The notes under the pieces are model-generated. The model made no database searches, was not told where the DNA came from, and was given only the letters and a program-made list of their open reading frames with translations. The translations under genes were made by a program, and so were the position numbers. A stretch of DNA of 64,000 nucleotides from the human T2T-CHM13v2.0 reference genome, Homo sapiens: assembly GCF_009914755.1 (NCBI RefSeq), contig NC_060927.1. One strand, given 5' to 3'. Shown here in pieces: positions 42,438 to 56,547 of this stretch (position 1 is the first letter of the stretch; each line of letters opens with the position of its first letter).

Positions 42438-44782
42438 TGATCACTATTGTAGTGGAAGTGCACCCTATGCCAGTTAAAATAAATCTTGAAGCTAAGCCAC
42501 AGCTCCTTCCCTTTTATTCCTGCCGCCCACCTGTTAGATGGATAACCCCCACAGAGGACTTGGGATGACTATGCTTTCCTAATCTATTTTTAATTCTCAC
42601 TCTTATTTGCAAGTAGAAGACTCTTATCCAGATGCCATGCTCAGTTTGGGTGCATTGTGATGCATGGTAGTACTCAAGAAATGCCATAGAGGCTGTTGTG
42701 ATTGCTGTGAGCAATTGCCATGAGCAATTAGCTATCTTTCCTGGACTGCTCAAGACTTCTCAGAGACGAAAAAGTAAACTGTTTTCTTCTTAAATTCAAT
42801 GCACAGATTCCACTCATTCACTAATTAAATACCAAAGAAATCTGCCCTTATAAACTACAGAGACACGAGTCATACTTGCCTGGATTAGTTTCCGGGCTCA
42901 GATCCCTTAGAAGGATTTTCTTTGCATTATTTGCTACATTTTTGCTCCCATTGCTCAACAATAAGTGATGAGTGAAGCCAGATCTTCACACGATGCCCTG
43001 AATCCGGGTGATGTCTCCTTGTTCCCAAGCACCTGCTTAAACAAAAGGCATGAGTTCTCCTGGCCTTCCACATTATTACAGTGGCATGCTCTTCTAGTCA
43101 GTTTGGGGTTGAATGCATGTGTGCATGTGTATCTGTCTGTGTTCATTAAAATATTTACTTGGTTTCTTTTTTTATTTTTTTCTTCCATCTAAATGCTTAA
43201 CTAATAAAGAAAAGAAAACCAAGGTACATGCTTTATGTCAGGGGAGAGGCGAAAAAAGGACTTAGAAAGGTCCTGTTGAGAACAAAAGCCTTTTGTTATC
43301 AAGGTGTCTTAATATTAGCGTAATGACTTCAGAGGATGAGATAAGGTAAGGAAAGGTAAGATGGAGTGAGATAAGATAAGACAAGGTGGTAACATCAATA
43401 AGTAATACAGTGTTAAGGTACAAAAGGTGAACACACTAAAAATGTTTTAATCTGAAGAGAAACTGTAAAATTAACCTGGGTTTTAAATGGGTCCAATGAT
43501 ACTCTAGCTTATGCTACAGAAATTCAATAACTGACTCTACAATCTCCAGAAAGACTTGTTCTTCAGAAAGCTGCTTAAGGAAGCATAGGTTTGGAACCAC
43601 CTATTTTACTTATGCTATTATAAGGAGGCTGCTTCTACTGGTAAGAAGTGCGCCAACTCCCATTTTGAGGTTATGCATTAATTCTTCCAAATGCTGTGTT
43701 GCTTTAGTAAATGCTTTCTCCTATTTGGGTCTAAGAGATCAACGACACATTGCAAAAGTAAAATCAGCCACATTCTAAATTAAGACACGCTTGTGTCCAA
43801 AATTTTGTTAGTGCTCCACCCGCGACTCCCAGCCCACCCCCGGTTCTGCCCCATCCTGGTAAAGGAGTATAAATGGCAGGATAAAATGTCTTTTTGAAGC
43901 ATATTGACATAAACATTTCTTTATTTATTACAGTGTTGATCTTGGACTCAATAATGATCTTGGACTCAATAATTTCATTTTATGGGTGAAAATACTGAGG
44001 TTTGGAGAGGGGCACAACTTCCTGAAGGTTATATGCTTCAGAATCAGAGCTGAAACCCAGCTCACACAGGCCAGTGAGGGTTCTTTGAACCACACCATAC
44101 TGCCCACTACGTCTTTGGATTGTTATTGTTAATGGTGAAACTTTTGTCTTTTGAACATGCTATAGTCCAAAGTGCTTCCCTGAAAAGTTAGAATGCAGTT
44201 CTCTTTCATTCTACATGAAACACTTTTCCAACACAAAAGAAACTGGATTTGCATGAGATTAGAAGAGGGGACTCACTTGCAACAACTATTGCAAAATTTT
44301 TCTTGTGGCTAGAGCAACAGCCTGGATGTTTTGTGAGACTGAGGTTGCTTCCAATGTTCCAATTAAATCTACACATTCAATAAGTAAGATCTTAGCTATA
44401 CTTTTAGAAAAATATCCACTAAGTACTTATTTTTGTTGTATTAAAAAATATTGAGCATTCAACTTCATTTTGCAAGGTAGAATACACCCATTTTTAGGAA
44501 TATTATAGTTGTCGAGATTTGGCTCATTGGCTTACCTGCAAGGCCTTTGGGTCTTAAAATAAATGAAATCTTTCCGAGGCCTTGTAAAGACTTTGTGGAG
44601 TGGAAGGACAGCTTTGAGACAGCTTTTCCCAGCTCTTAGTGGGCAACACATAGCAGCAAAATGATTCACCCACACTTTATTTTTAATTGGAGCTTCAGTG
44701 AGTTCAAGCGTGAGAGTTTCCTGCAGGTTCCAAGACCTGAAACAAGCAGTGAAGCCCCTCATTCATGTCCAGGCAGAACTTT

Positions 44783-45485
44783 ATTTATTTATTCATTCAT
44801 TTATTTTTATTTCTTTTATTAAAGTTCTGGGGTACATGTGCAGAACGTGCAGGTTTGTTACATGGGTATACACGTGCCATAGTGGTTTGCTGCACCCATC
44901 AATCGGTCATCTACATTAGGTGTATCTCCTAATGCTATCCCTCCCCTAGCTCCCTACCTCACAACAGGTCCTTGTGTGTGATGTTCCCCTCCCTGTGTCC
45001 ATGTGTTCTCATTGTTCAACTCCCACTTATGAGTGAGAACATGCGGTGTTTAGTTTTCTGTTCTTGTATTAGTTTGCTGAGAATTATGATTTCCAGCTTC
45101 ATCCATGTCCTTGCAAAGGACATGAACTCATCCTTTTTTATGGCTGCATAGTATACCATGGTGTATATGTGCCACACTTCTCAAAAGAAGACATTTATGC
45201 AGCCAACAAACATATGAAAAAAGCTCATCATCGCCAGTCATTAGAGAAATGCAAATCAAAACCACAATGAGATACCATCTCACACCAGTTAGAATGGTGA
45301 TCATTAAGAAGTCAGGAAACAACAGATGCTGGAGAGCATGTGGGCAAGTAGGAATGCTTTTATACTGTTGGTGGGAGTGTAAATTAGTTCAACCATTGTG
45401 GAAGACAGTGTGGTGATTCCTCAAGGATCTAAAACTAGAAATACCATTTGACCCAGCAATCCCATTACTGGGTATATACCCAAAG
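44783..45485 (-). mobile_element. 5'-inverted, truncated L1PA7-like insertion
   Basis: 3' UTR on minus strand 44783-45176, ORF2 C-terminal segment on plus strand ~45177-45485; TSD core AGAACTTT at 44775-44782 and 45484-45491. Confidence 0.93.
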
Positions 45486-46464
45486 AACTTTCCTTTAAAA
45501 AAAAAAAAATCTTCAGAGAGTGGGAGGTAGGATAAGAGATGAGCAAGGACTGAAGGAAGCCTCCCCAAATAAGGTTCTGTTTTTTTGTGTGTATTGTTTT
45601 TTCATGAACTAGTTTATCTGAATACAAATTTCCTCTATTTGCAGTCCTTCTTTTTGTGGCCCGATTTTCTTGCCTGGAATTGGAAGAAGGAAGGGTCTTG
45701 GTCAAGTGAGCAGCACTTTTAAAGAAAGGGCAGCTCCTGATCTCTTTTCTTTGCAATGACATTTGGTGATTTTTACATTTCCAAGTCTGGTCTGTTGGTC
45801 TTTTTTAGTTTTACACCCTATTTGGCTTCATAAAGAGAAAAAAAGAAAGAAGAAGGAAGGGAGAAGGAAGGAAGGAAGGATGGGAGGAAGTGAGAGAAAG
45901 AAATGGAGACTGGTTGGCCCAATTTCCCAATCTGTATTTACCTGTAGAAAACATGAGGGCATAGTATTTATTTATCAATAGACGATTAATGTATAACGAG
46001 CAGATTTACATGGAAAAGTTTCTTATTCAGTTACACATGGTCAAAAGGAAAGTCAAAAATCACAGGGAGAGTGTATTCTGCCCAATGCCCTATAAATTAT
46101 GTGGTTTTCCAGTCTGGTTGTTGGAACAGGCACTAACCTAGGACAGACTCCAACATGCACACCTAACCCATGACAGTACTGGACACTGTTACCGCTAATC
46201 CTTTCTGGTGGTTCCTTCTCAGGCCTCTGACAGCCTCCTCACATGCATGTCTTGATCAGTATTCTGCTGGATATGTGAGGCAGAGCCTCTGGAGATATCC
46301 AGCCTTCTCCTCTCTGGTACTTCATCCTGTGAATTCTAGCCACCTTGGTCATCCCAGCCTTTAAGCACTGCTTCCTCCATTCAGGGAATGTAATGGACTC
46401 CACCTATATTCTCTCTCCCTGCATCATAGCCTAGAAACTCTCTCAAGGCAGTAAGATGGGTAGG

Positions 46465-46817
46465 TTTCTTAATGTGGTCAGGCTTCTATAACAAAATACC
46501 TTAGACTGGGTAACTTATAAACAGTACAAATGTATTGCTCCCAGTTGTGGAGACAGGGAAGTCCAAGATCAAGGTATCAGCAGATCTGGATCCAGTGAGG
46601 TCACGTTCCTCATAGATGGCCCCTTCTAGCTTTGCTGTCACATGTGGAAGGGTGAACAAGTTTTTTCAACCTCTTTTATGAGGGCACTTATCTCATTCAT
46701 GAGGGCTCCATCCTCAGGACCCAATCACCTCCAAAAAGCCCCACATCTGAATACCACATTAGAGAGCAGGTTTTAGCTCATGAATTTTGAGGGGGACACA
46801 AACATTCAGACCACAGC
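46465..46817 (-). mobile_element. MaLR solo LTR (MLT1A/MSTD-like), inserted in an older L1M fragment
   Basis: 'ataacaaaataccttagactgggtaacttataaac..aagtccaagatcaagg..attcatgagggctcca..ggacacaaacattcagaccacagc'. Confidence 0.85.
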
Positions 46818-47271
46818 CATAGGGTTTACACCATTTGTTTTCCATCTCATCAGGATCACTGCCCCTCATTACCTAAGGCCAGTGTCTCAAAAACTGGGAT
46901 TTTAAAGTACATTTTATCTGTTTTTAAGTTCTTTCAGGTGGAAAGGTAAGTCTGGTTCTTGTTAGTCTATCTTAGCTAGAAACAAAAGTGCAAAGGAAGC
47001 TTTGAGGAATCACACTATCTCTAGACAGATCCTGATAAATCCAGATATGGATAAGTCACAGCTTCCTTCTTTCTTCTCTCTTTTACTCTCTTTGTAGACC
47101 AAGGAGATTAAAGAGAGAGCTCCATCTCAGCTGGCTGTAATCATTAGTGTTCTTTTTATGATACTTCATGTGAATTAGGGACAAACATTTACTTTGCATT
47201 AACTATGTGCCATGATATGCTCAATGTTTTGTGTCACTTACCTCTTAAATCTTTGAAACTACCTTCCATAG

Positions 47272-47410
47272 CATATATATATATCTCTATATATATCTCG
47301 CATATATATATATCTCGCATATATATATCTCCTATATATCTCATATATATGTGTGTATAGATATATATTTTATGTGTATATATATATTTGTGTGTGTATA
47401 TATGTATATA
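47272..47410. repeat. (TA)n/(TG)n low-complexity repeat within a MIR
   Basis: Degenerate TA-rich dinucleotide array. Confidence 0.9.
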
Positions 47411-48229
47411 ATTTTCAAATGAGAAAACTGAAGCATTGAGAAGATAGGTTAGCTTACCCAAGTTCACATAACTGATAAGTAGTGGAAGTAGTGGAGTGAA
47501 GATTGAAAATCAGAACTGACTCCAAAATGAGCATCCTTTACACAGTGTAATGCTGCCTTCAAATTCTGACTCCTAAATATAGCTCCTGCAGTGGGTATTA
47601 TTATCTGTGTTTTACGTATTTAAAAAACAAGTCTCAGAGAGATGAAGTGTTTGGCCTTAGAAGCCCCGCCTCAATGGAACCCAGGCCTGCATCCATGGCC
47701 CATGCTATTTCTAAGTCACTTGACTCTTCCTGAGGGTTCTGAGGATGCAGTAGTCACCTGCTCTTGGTTTACTATTATACAACCTTGGGGTCTTATTTAA
47801 AGCAATTTTTAAAGATAGTCTTTGTTGTTAAAGTTGTAAGGTACATTACAAAGAATGATGTGAAGTCCACATTGCTCAGCTTTACTAAGACTAGGAATCT
47901 ACTATTCTTTTCCTATACTTATTTGAGAAGATTATTACTATTAGCTTTGATCCTGATTTCACAAATTCAGACATACAAACAAAAAGTCTTCTCCCAGGCA
48001 AACTAGATGAATATCCATTCACATTTGTTTAGTTATATCCATAGTATTCATATCTATGTATAATATATAGGGTAAAATTATGGGAATATGTTTTTTGGCT
48101 TCATTCATGGATTTCTTTTTTCAAAAACTAAGTATACCAGTAAATTTCCTTATGTCATTTTGAAATGAATTTTTATAATGACTTCAAGCTCATTTTTATG
48201 GCGTATTTTGGAAACCAGTTTTAAAATTA

Positions 48230-49600
48230 TAATTGTAAGGTATATAGTCTTGCAAAGACAAAAATTCAATAGAACAGAAGAATATAAAGTGAAAAAGTGA
48301 AATGCCCTTTTCTCCTTAATTCTTATCATTCTCCAGGGGTAACAACTGAAAACAGTTTCTTCTGTGTCCTTTCAGAAATTTTTATGTATAAACATGCTTA
48401 TAGAAATAAATATAAATATGTTTCTTAGTTTTATGAAATGGGATCATACATAAATGTGTATCTATATTCTGTATCTGTCTACTTTCTTTTAACTTGATAT
48501 ATCTTAGATAGCTTTTTGCATCAGTTTATATAGTCCATTGCATTTCTTTTATCACCTGTATAATGTTGTACATCATACACATATGAAATGTATAAAAATA
48601 CCATGTTATAGTTAAGTAATGTCGCCCACTGGAGAACATTTAGATTGTGTTCAATTTTTTGCTGTTATAAGCATTGCAGCAATACATTCATTTTGTAGAT
48701 ACATCTTTGTTAACATAAATTCTTGGAAGCATAGATACTGAAAAATATGTGCATTTAAAATTTTGTTAGATATTTCTAAGTTGCCCTTCTTAAAGATTGC
48801 AACAATTTGCTATTCCATCACAAGTATTTTAGAGTAGAACTCAGTAAACACCTGTTTAATGTGCATATGAATGAGCACCCACTTCTCCATGTTCTTGTCA
48901 ATGATTGACATTGTTGGACTTTAGGAGTCCTTATCTGGTAGATAAAAGTGGTACATTGTTGCTTTCATTCGCACTTTTAAAATTTCCAGTAAGTCGAACA
49001 CTCTTTTTAGTTTTCTGCTTATTCACTAGCCATTTATATTTTATTTTCTAAAAACTATTTGTGCCCTTTGTCTATTTTCTGTGCAGTGATTTGTCTTTTC
49101 TTATTGATTCTGTAAGGGTTATACCATAGACTGAATGTTGTGTCTTCATCAGATTTATATGTTGAAGTCTAATCCCCGAAGTGATGTTATTTGGAAGTGG
49201 CACCTTTGGGAGCAGGTTAAGTCTCAAGATTAGAACATTCATGAATGGGATTTGCACCCTTATGAAAGACACCCCAAAGAGCTCCATTTGCCCCTTCCAC
49301 CATGTGGAACGCACAACCAGAAAGTAGTCCTTCACTAGATACCAAATCTACCGGTAACTGGATCTTGAACTTCCAACTTCCAGAACTGTGAAAATTCAAT
49401 TTCTGTTATTTATAAGCCTCCCAGTTTATGATATTTTGTTATTTCAGTGCAAACTAAGACAAGCAGTTTGTATACTTATTACATTGGCCCTTTCTCTGGC
49501 ATATATATAGGACAAATTTCTTCCTAGTAAGTTGTTATATTTTAACTTTTTCTTTGTCTATACATAAATTTATTACTTTCATGTGTCAGAGTTATCAGCC
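48230..49600 (-). mobile_element. Old L1ME-like fragment (interrupted by LTR)
   Basis: 'cccactggagaacatttagattg..ttttgctgttataagcattgc..aaagattgcaacaatttgc..tagccatttatat'. Confidence 0.6.
49120..49461 (+). mobile_element. MLT1A-like MaLR solo LTR
   Basis: 'atagactgaatgttgtgtc..atgttgaagtctaatcccc..gatcttgaacttccaacttccagaactgtga..aactaagaca'. Confidence 0.85.
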
Positions 49601-50084
49601 TTTCCTCTGTATTGCTAGATATCTGATATCAAATTTATACTTTACACATGGAGTTTCTGTGAAGATATATTTCTAAAGCTGTTCTCCTTAACGTTGCAAA
49701 GGCTATTCGAATAATATATTAGCTACTTAATTAGCCAAATTAAGAATGGATTTTGAATAATATATTTTCTTTTATCTGAAAGGTTGAGGACACTAATAAA
49801 ATGAAAGTTCTACTATTATAATGATATAAATACAGAAATTAAAATACATTGAGTTAAAAAATAACTTGATCAAAGTGAGAGGAATAGGGAGCTAGGTGGG
49901 TGACTGACCTCCAGACTCAGGTGCTAAAGGCATGAAAGTAAAATGTGAAAGAAGGAAAGACTTATGAAGAGAAATATGAGAAGAATAACTGAGGAATAAA
50001 AGGAGATAATCCAACAAGGAAGGGAGGCCCAGTAAGAGTGAGAGAAAGGAGTACTGAAAAATGAGTCCAGGTGCAGTAGCTCAT

Positions 50085-50360
50085 GCCTGTAATCCCAGAA
50101 CTTTGGGAGGCCAAGGCGGGAAGATCACTAGAGGCCAACCTGGGCAGCATAGTGAGACCCCATCTATTAAAAAAATAAAGAAAATAAGCCAGGCATGGTG
50201 CTTCATGCCTGTGATCTCAGCTACTAGGGGGACTAAGTGGAAGGATTGCTTGTGCCTAGGAGTTTGAGGCTGCAGTGAGCTATGATGGTTCCACTGAACC
50301 CCAGCCTGGGTGACAGAGCAAGACTCTGACTCTAAAAAAAATAAAAATAAAAATAAAAAA
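50085..50360 (+). mobile_element. AluJ-type element with small internal deletion
   Basis: Two arms, 'aggattgcttg..gaggctgcagtgagctatgat', A-rich tail. Confidence 0.93.
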
Positions 50361-50636
50361 GGAAAGGTTCAAAGACAGAAGAAGATATTTCATGAAACTT
50401 GAAAAAGAGTAATAGATCTGAAAGAACTGTGGAAGGGGAAGCTCCAGTAGAATACCTCCCTTTCAATTCATTTCTAAGATGTCCCTTCCTTCTATCTGTA
50501 CCATTCTGTGGGCCCAGGTGAAAATCAACTTCTAGTCAGCATTATCTGCTACCACCTCCAAATGCACAACTCTTTTGTTTATTTATTTTAACAAAAGAAA
50601 CAAAATTCTTCATCTCATATGCCCCCATGAGGACAT

Positions 50637-51037
50637 TGATATAGTTTGGACATTTGTCCCCACCCAAATCTCATGTCGAATTGTAATCTCTAATGTTGGG
50701 TATGGGGCCTGGTGGGAGGTGTTTGGGTCGTGGAGGCAGACTCCTCGTGGCTTGGTACTGCCTTTGCCATAGTGAGTGAGTTCTCCTAAGATCTGGTCAT
50801 TTAAAAGGGTGTAGCACCCTTCTCCCTCCTTGTTCCTTTCTCACCATGTGAAGTGCCTGCTTCTGTTTCACCCACCTTCTGCAGTGAGGAAAAGCTTCCT
50901 GAGGCCTCCCCAGAAGCAGATGCTGGCACTGTGCTTCCTGTACAGCCTGCAGAACTGTGAGTCAATTAAACCTCCTTTCTTATAAATTACCCAGTCTCAG
51001 GTGTTTCTTTATAGCAATGCAAGAATGGTCTAATACA
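50637..51037 (+). mobile_element. MSTA-like MaLR solo LTR
   Basis: TG...CA termini ('tgatatagtttgg'...'ctaataca'), ATTAAA signal, 5-bp TSD GACAT at 50632-50636 and 51038-51042. Confidence 0.95.
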
Positions 51038-51447
51038 GACATCTTCAAGGAGGTAACACTCAGATTAAATCTTTATTCTGTCAATTTTAATTTTGCTGGG
51101 TAAGAAAAATTGGAGCATAGAAAAATAGATGACTTGATATGGGTTTTTCGGAACTAGAAGAAAAATTTTAGTTTTCCTCTTCATATTCTTTTGGACCTCA
51201 CTGGGCTCAATCTTAGTTGTAGAATGAATCAACACAAATCAGCATTGTCATCTAAAATACTTTTATAAAACAATTCTTAGAATAGTCCCTGAAAATTAAG
51301 GGGTAAGAAATGAATCCGATGTCTTATTCCTTTCTTTAAAGATCTTAATTAATTTAATGTTTTTATCACTCTAAAGAAAGTTTTAAATTCCTTGACATTA
51401 TCCAATCATATATTTAAAGCAAAGAGAATTCTCGCCATTTCTGTAGG

Positions 51448-51596
51448 GTTTGTTTGTTTGTTTGTTTGTTTGTTTATTTAGAGATGGGGTCTCGTTATGT
51501 TAACCAGGCTGATCTTGAACTCCTGACCTCAAGCAGTCCTCCCATCTCAGCCTCCCAAAGTGCTGTGATTGCAGGCAGGAGGCACCGCGCCTAGCC
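51448..51596 (-). mobile_element. FLAM/free left Alu monomer
   Basis: Single left arm with (TTTG)n tail; TSD CCATTTCTGT at 51435-51444 and 51598-51607. Confidence 0.9.
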
Positions 51597-53974
51597 ACCA
51601 TTTCTGTGTTTCAAAACAATCCTGCACATCTGAGGTTTGGCTAGACCTGGCATTAGCTTTGTTACAATAGTATAAACTCTCTCTTTTAAAAATGGAAATA
51701 CATTCTGTTCCTCTAATTCTTTACTATCCTCCCCCTGTCCCCTCCCTCCCTGTCTGTTTTTTAACTGTGGGTTTTAGACATTAAAAATATATCAATTTCT
51801 CCATTTCTCTGGGGTTCAGGATTTATGCAGTTGAGTCTTTTAACTTTCTGTGATTTTTGAGATTCTATTTTACTCTTGTCTTCTCTGCACATCCAAGTAT
51901 GTCTATTTCTTAGCGAGTGATACCTACAAAATATGACTAGTTTCAGAACTATTTCCAACTTCTTTGTTTTTTCTTGTATTTCTATTGTGGCACTAATTAC
52001 TAGCAATATGATTAATGCACTACTTACTGGTGGCTTTGTTCCCTTTGTTTTTCTGATAATGCTAATTAATCCAATTTTGAAAAAAATACTTTCAGTTCTG
52101 CTCATACATGTCAGATTGCAGGTGCCTTGGAAATCATTTTTCTCCCCTTTGGTTTTAAATTAAAGTGAAAAGTAAGAGTAAGCCAATTAGTGATGTGGCT
52201 GAAAAAAGTGCTCTTACCTAAGTTGTTCATCAGGACTGTCTAGGGCCAGCAGTGTTAGAAATATCTCTGAAGTAAGAAAGTTTCAATTCACTGGAAAGTT
52301 GTTCTGCCTTTTACTCATTTCTTATTATTGTGTGGGAGGAGGTGGAGGAGTATTACTTAGGTTTAGGTGCAACAGATTTATTCCCAAGTGGAAGCAAGGT
52401 TGAAGATGGCTGCCTAAGATACGAGTACCAATCAGACTTAAACCAGAACACATTTGCCCCTCTCCTATCTAAATGTCTCAGTCTTCCCGCAGCTCTCTCT
52501 TAGCAGGTGCTCATTAGGTTTAACGCTGGGAGACTCAGTTTTAAACTTGTAGTTGTTACTTGCTGTGCAGTTTGGTTTATGTGCGCAGCACTCATTTTCT
52601 TTGACAGATCAATAACACCCAATGGACGCCCTCCATTAAACTTCTTTCAACACTTTTTAAGGGCTCTGCTAAATTACACTATATATGTTAAAATTTCAGT
52701 GGTGCCCAGCTTTCCCAGACGCCAAAGATGCAGTGATTTTTACCCTAAGAAATAATGAACTTAAAAAAAAAAAAAAGGTTTCATTTCTCCTCTTTAAAAA
52801 AAAAAAAGAACTTCTTAGAGGACTAATTTTGTATCTACTTTTTAATGGATTAGGATTAAAAACCTCCCAGAACTTCAGAATCATTGCATAAATAACTACG
52901 TTTTTATTCATGCTCTTTGATTCAATGTATAGAATTGTTTATTCTGCATATAATTTCAAAAATGTTTAACATAAAGTTAGAATGTTTATGCCCAATATGG
53001 CATACAAAAAGTGACTGCTGTTTTCCTCTTAGATTAACCATTTACCATAATTTCTCATTTTGATCCTGCATATTCTAATCTATGTGTTTCTTATAGAATG
53101 CCAAGGAGGTTTTCCCAAATGCCTTTAAGCACTGCAGGAAGGTGGGCTATCCCCCTGCCACCACCACCTTTGTTTATTTGTTTGTTTCCTTTACTTCTCC
53201 TTAATAAACTGGAAGGGGAAATCTGTATAACCTCTCTTATTCACTCAGCAGGGGTAGATTAAAAATGCACATGCTGCAAATAGTTAAATATTTCTGTTGA
53301 AGTTCAAGGTTGTGCTTTTAATTTTTAAAATTAACTTTGAAATGGAATTCATTTCAACAAAAGGCAGGAGACTTGGTGAAGTCCTCACCCCTACAAAATT
53401 GGATTAAAGTGCTAATTGTTTTATCTGAAATATCACTTTCAACTAATTAATTCATTTCGCCCTTCACTGAATTGGTTGGAAACCCCAAAAGATCTTTAAG
53501 GAAAGAGAGAGCTGTGTGCCTTGACCTTCCCTCACCCCCAATCACATCTTTATTTACTATATTAAAACATGAAGCTCTGCCATAAAACAAAAGGTAGGAA
53601 AATTATGTAGGCTGAGGGAATAGTTCCTCCTTATGAAATGCAGACTAATAGATTTTCTTTTTCAATAAGATTGTTTATGTTTTTGAATGGCTCTAAAGAA
53701 ACTATAATCACATTAATCTAGACTTTCATTTATGAAGCACCAATTCTTCCTTCGTTTTCCAACTGTCCCTGACTCGTATTTTAGTGAATTTTGTTGACAG
53801 ATTCCACGCCACCCAAAGTTGTCAGATAAACTTGGCATTTCATGGTATAACCCTTTGGAGTTGTACAATGGAAGGCCTTTTTTTTTTTTTTTTTCCCCTA
53901 TGTCAGTTAGAAAGATAGGTGAAATACCCTTATAGTTTCACCAGCTTTTTTTTTTTTACTCATTATACCTTTAG

Positions 53975-54436
<462 letters not shown>

Positions 54437-54959
54437 TAAAAGGACTTAAGTGAAATTCTGTTAGGTAGTAAAATGCCTTCAAAGCATATTAAACATCTGA
54501 AATGCTTTCATGCAAGGGCCCTGAGTATTTGGTAAAGTGTTTTGTGAATGTTTGTGTGGGTTTGTTTTTCATAGCTCATTGATTCTTTTTTAGTGTTTCT
54601 TTTTTAATTCTTGAGCATATTTAACAAATAAAATGTGTTTCATAAAACTTCAAATTTTCAAAGAAAGTTTCAAAATACAGTAAGTCTTTATTGTAAGTTC
54701 TAGTTTTTCAGGTATAATTGCTTGTCTTCCTATTTCTGCAATTTATGTATAATGACTAAAATCAATAATGCCATCTGTGAATTAAATAACACTGTATTTG
54801 CCCTGAGTTCTATAATGGTCTGTTGGCTACCTAGTGACATAACTGAGCATTTGAGCAATCACTCCATGTAGTATGAGTTAGTACTGTTTGTACTGCATGT
54901 ACAAGGAAATGGTATATTAATTTTATTTAATTAATTAATAATATATTCTAAGATCATCA

Positions 54960-55130
54960 GCTATTATTTCTTGAGCACTTATTATATGCCAGGAACTCTG
55001 CCAAGGGCTATCCAAATGCTGTTTCATTTTATCTTTGCATCAATCCTCTGAGGGAAGTATTACTAGCATTTCCACTTTACAAATGGGGACACTGAGGCTC
55101 AGTAAAGTTAACCCAAGATTACATATAACA
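54960..55130 (-). mobile_element. MIR
   Basis: 'ttgagcacttattatatgccagg..ccactttacaaatggggacactgaggctcag'. Confidence 0.75.
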
Positions 55131-56185
55131 CATTTGTCAGACACCAAAGCACCTGAGAACTGATTCATTTCTCTTTAATTCTGGAGCAAAGCCACTGCTC
55201 ATTTTGGAAATTCAGAAGTTATTTTTACCAGGAAGTGATTGTTTTGTTACCAATTCAGTGAGGAGTATTCAAATGGCTTGTCTTGGAATCTCTGTTAAGC
55301 ACGCTTTCAGAAATTTGCGGAAGACAAAGTGATGAACAATTTAGATTGTCAATACTCTGATTACAGGACCCTGGAACATTCAAGAAATTTCATGCATTCA
55401 ATTAAAAATAAAAGTAAAGGAAGGAAAGGAGAGAGAAAGAAAGGGAAGAAGTAAGGAAAGAGGCAAAAAAAAGGGGGGGGACAGAAAAAGGAAAGAAAAG
55501 CATCAAATTAACACCAGGCTGATAAAATTTTTCACTTTTCCCAACTGCTTGCAGTGGTACTGTAGAGATCACAGCTTGAAATGGCTTAAACACTTTAGCA
55601 GCCACACAGAATCTTAGATCTTAAAATGTTCTGTTCTTGAAGAGGGACTGGTTTTATTCAAAAGCCAGGATCATTTGTAATCTTTCTTTGCTGGAAAATT
55701 AAAACAAATGCCGTAGAATTATCCAAACTTTTTAATTTAAATAGTACCATATAGTCAGTTTACTAAACTTTTAGAGTTTTTAAAAATATTTCTATCTTCA
55801 CATATATAGGTAATCCATTTGGTTCATATATATTAAACACACAAGATAGTTTGTATATGTGTGTGTGTATAAACTCATTCACTATATATACACATTATAT
55901 ATATAATTATATAGAAACACTTCTTAAATTTTGTCTGTTTATTTGATTTCAAATAATTATTACCTTACCTTGATTGACAATGGTACATATAAGAAAACAG
56001 GAATGATTTCAGCAATACTTCTTCCATAGCTGATTATCACTCCATTTTTTTACATGGTCATTATCTATAAAACAACATGCATTCAAAAATAGTCCCACGA
56101 TCTTTTCTATATTTCTTCTTTCATTATATGTATTACTTCCTTATTTAAGGAATGGAAATTTTCATGTAAAAGCTACCCCCAACCC

Positions 56186-56547
<362 letters not shown>

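Noticed and set aside
43338-43385. GATAA/GGTAA pentamer-like run with several GATA and donor-like motifs
   Set aside because: Best explained as a degenerate simple repeat.
45836-45903. Purine-rich tract (also 55410-55500) as triplex-forming DNA
   Set aside because: Ordinary GA-rich low complexity without a clear long mirror repeat.
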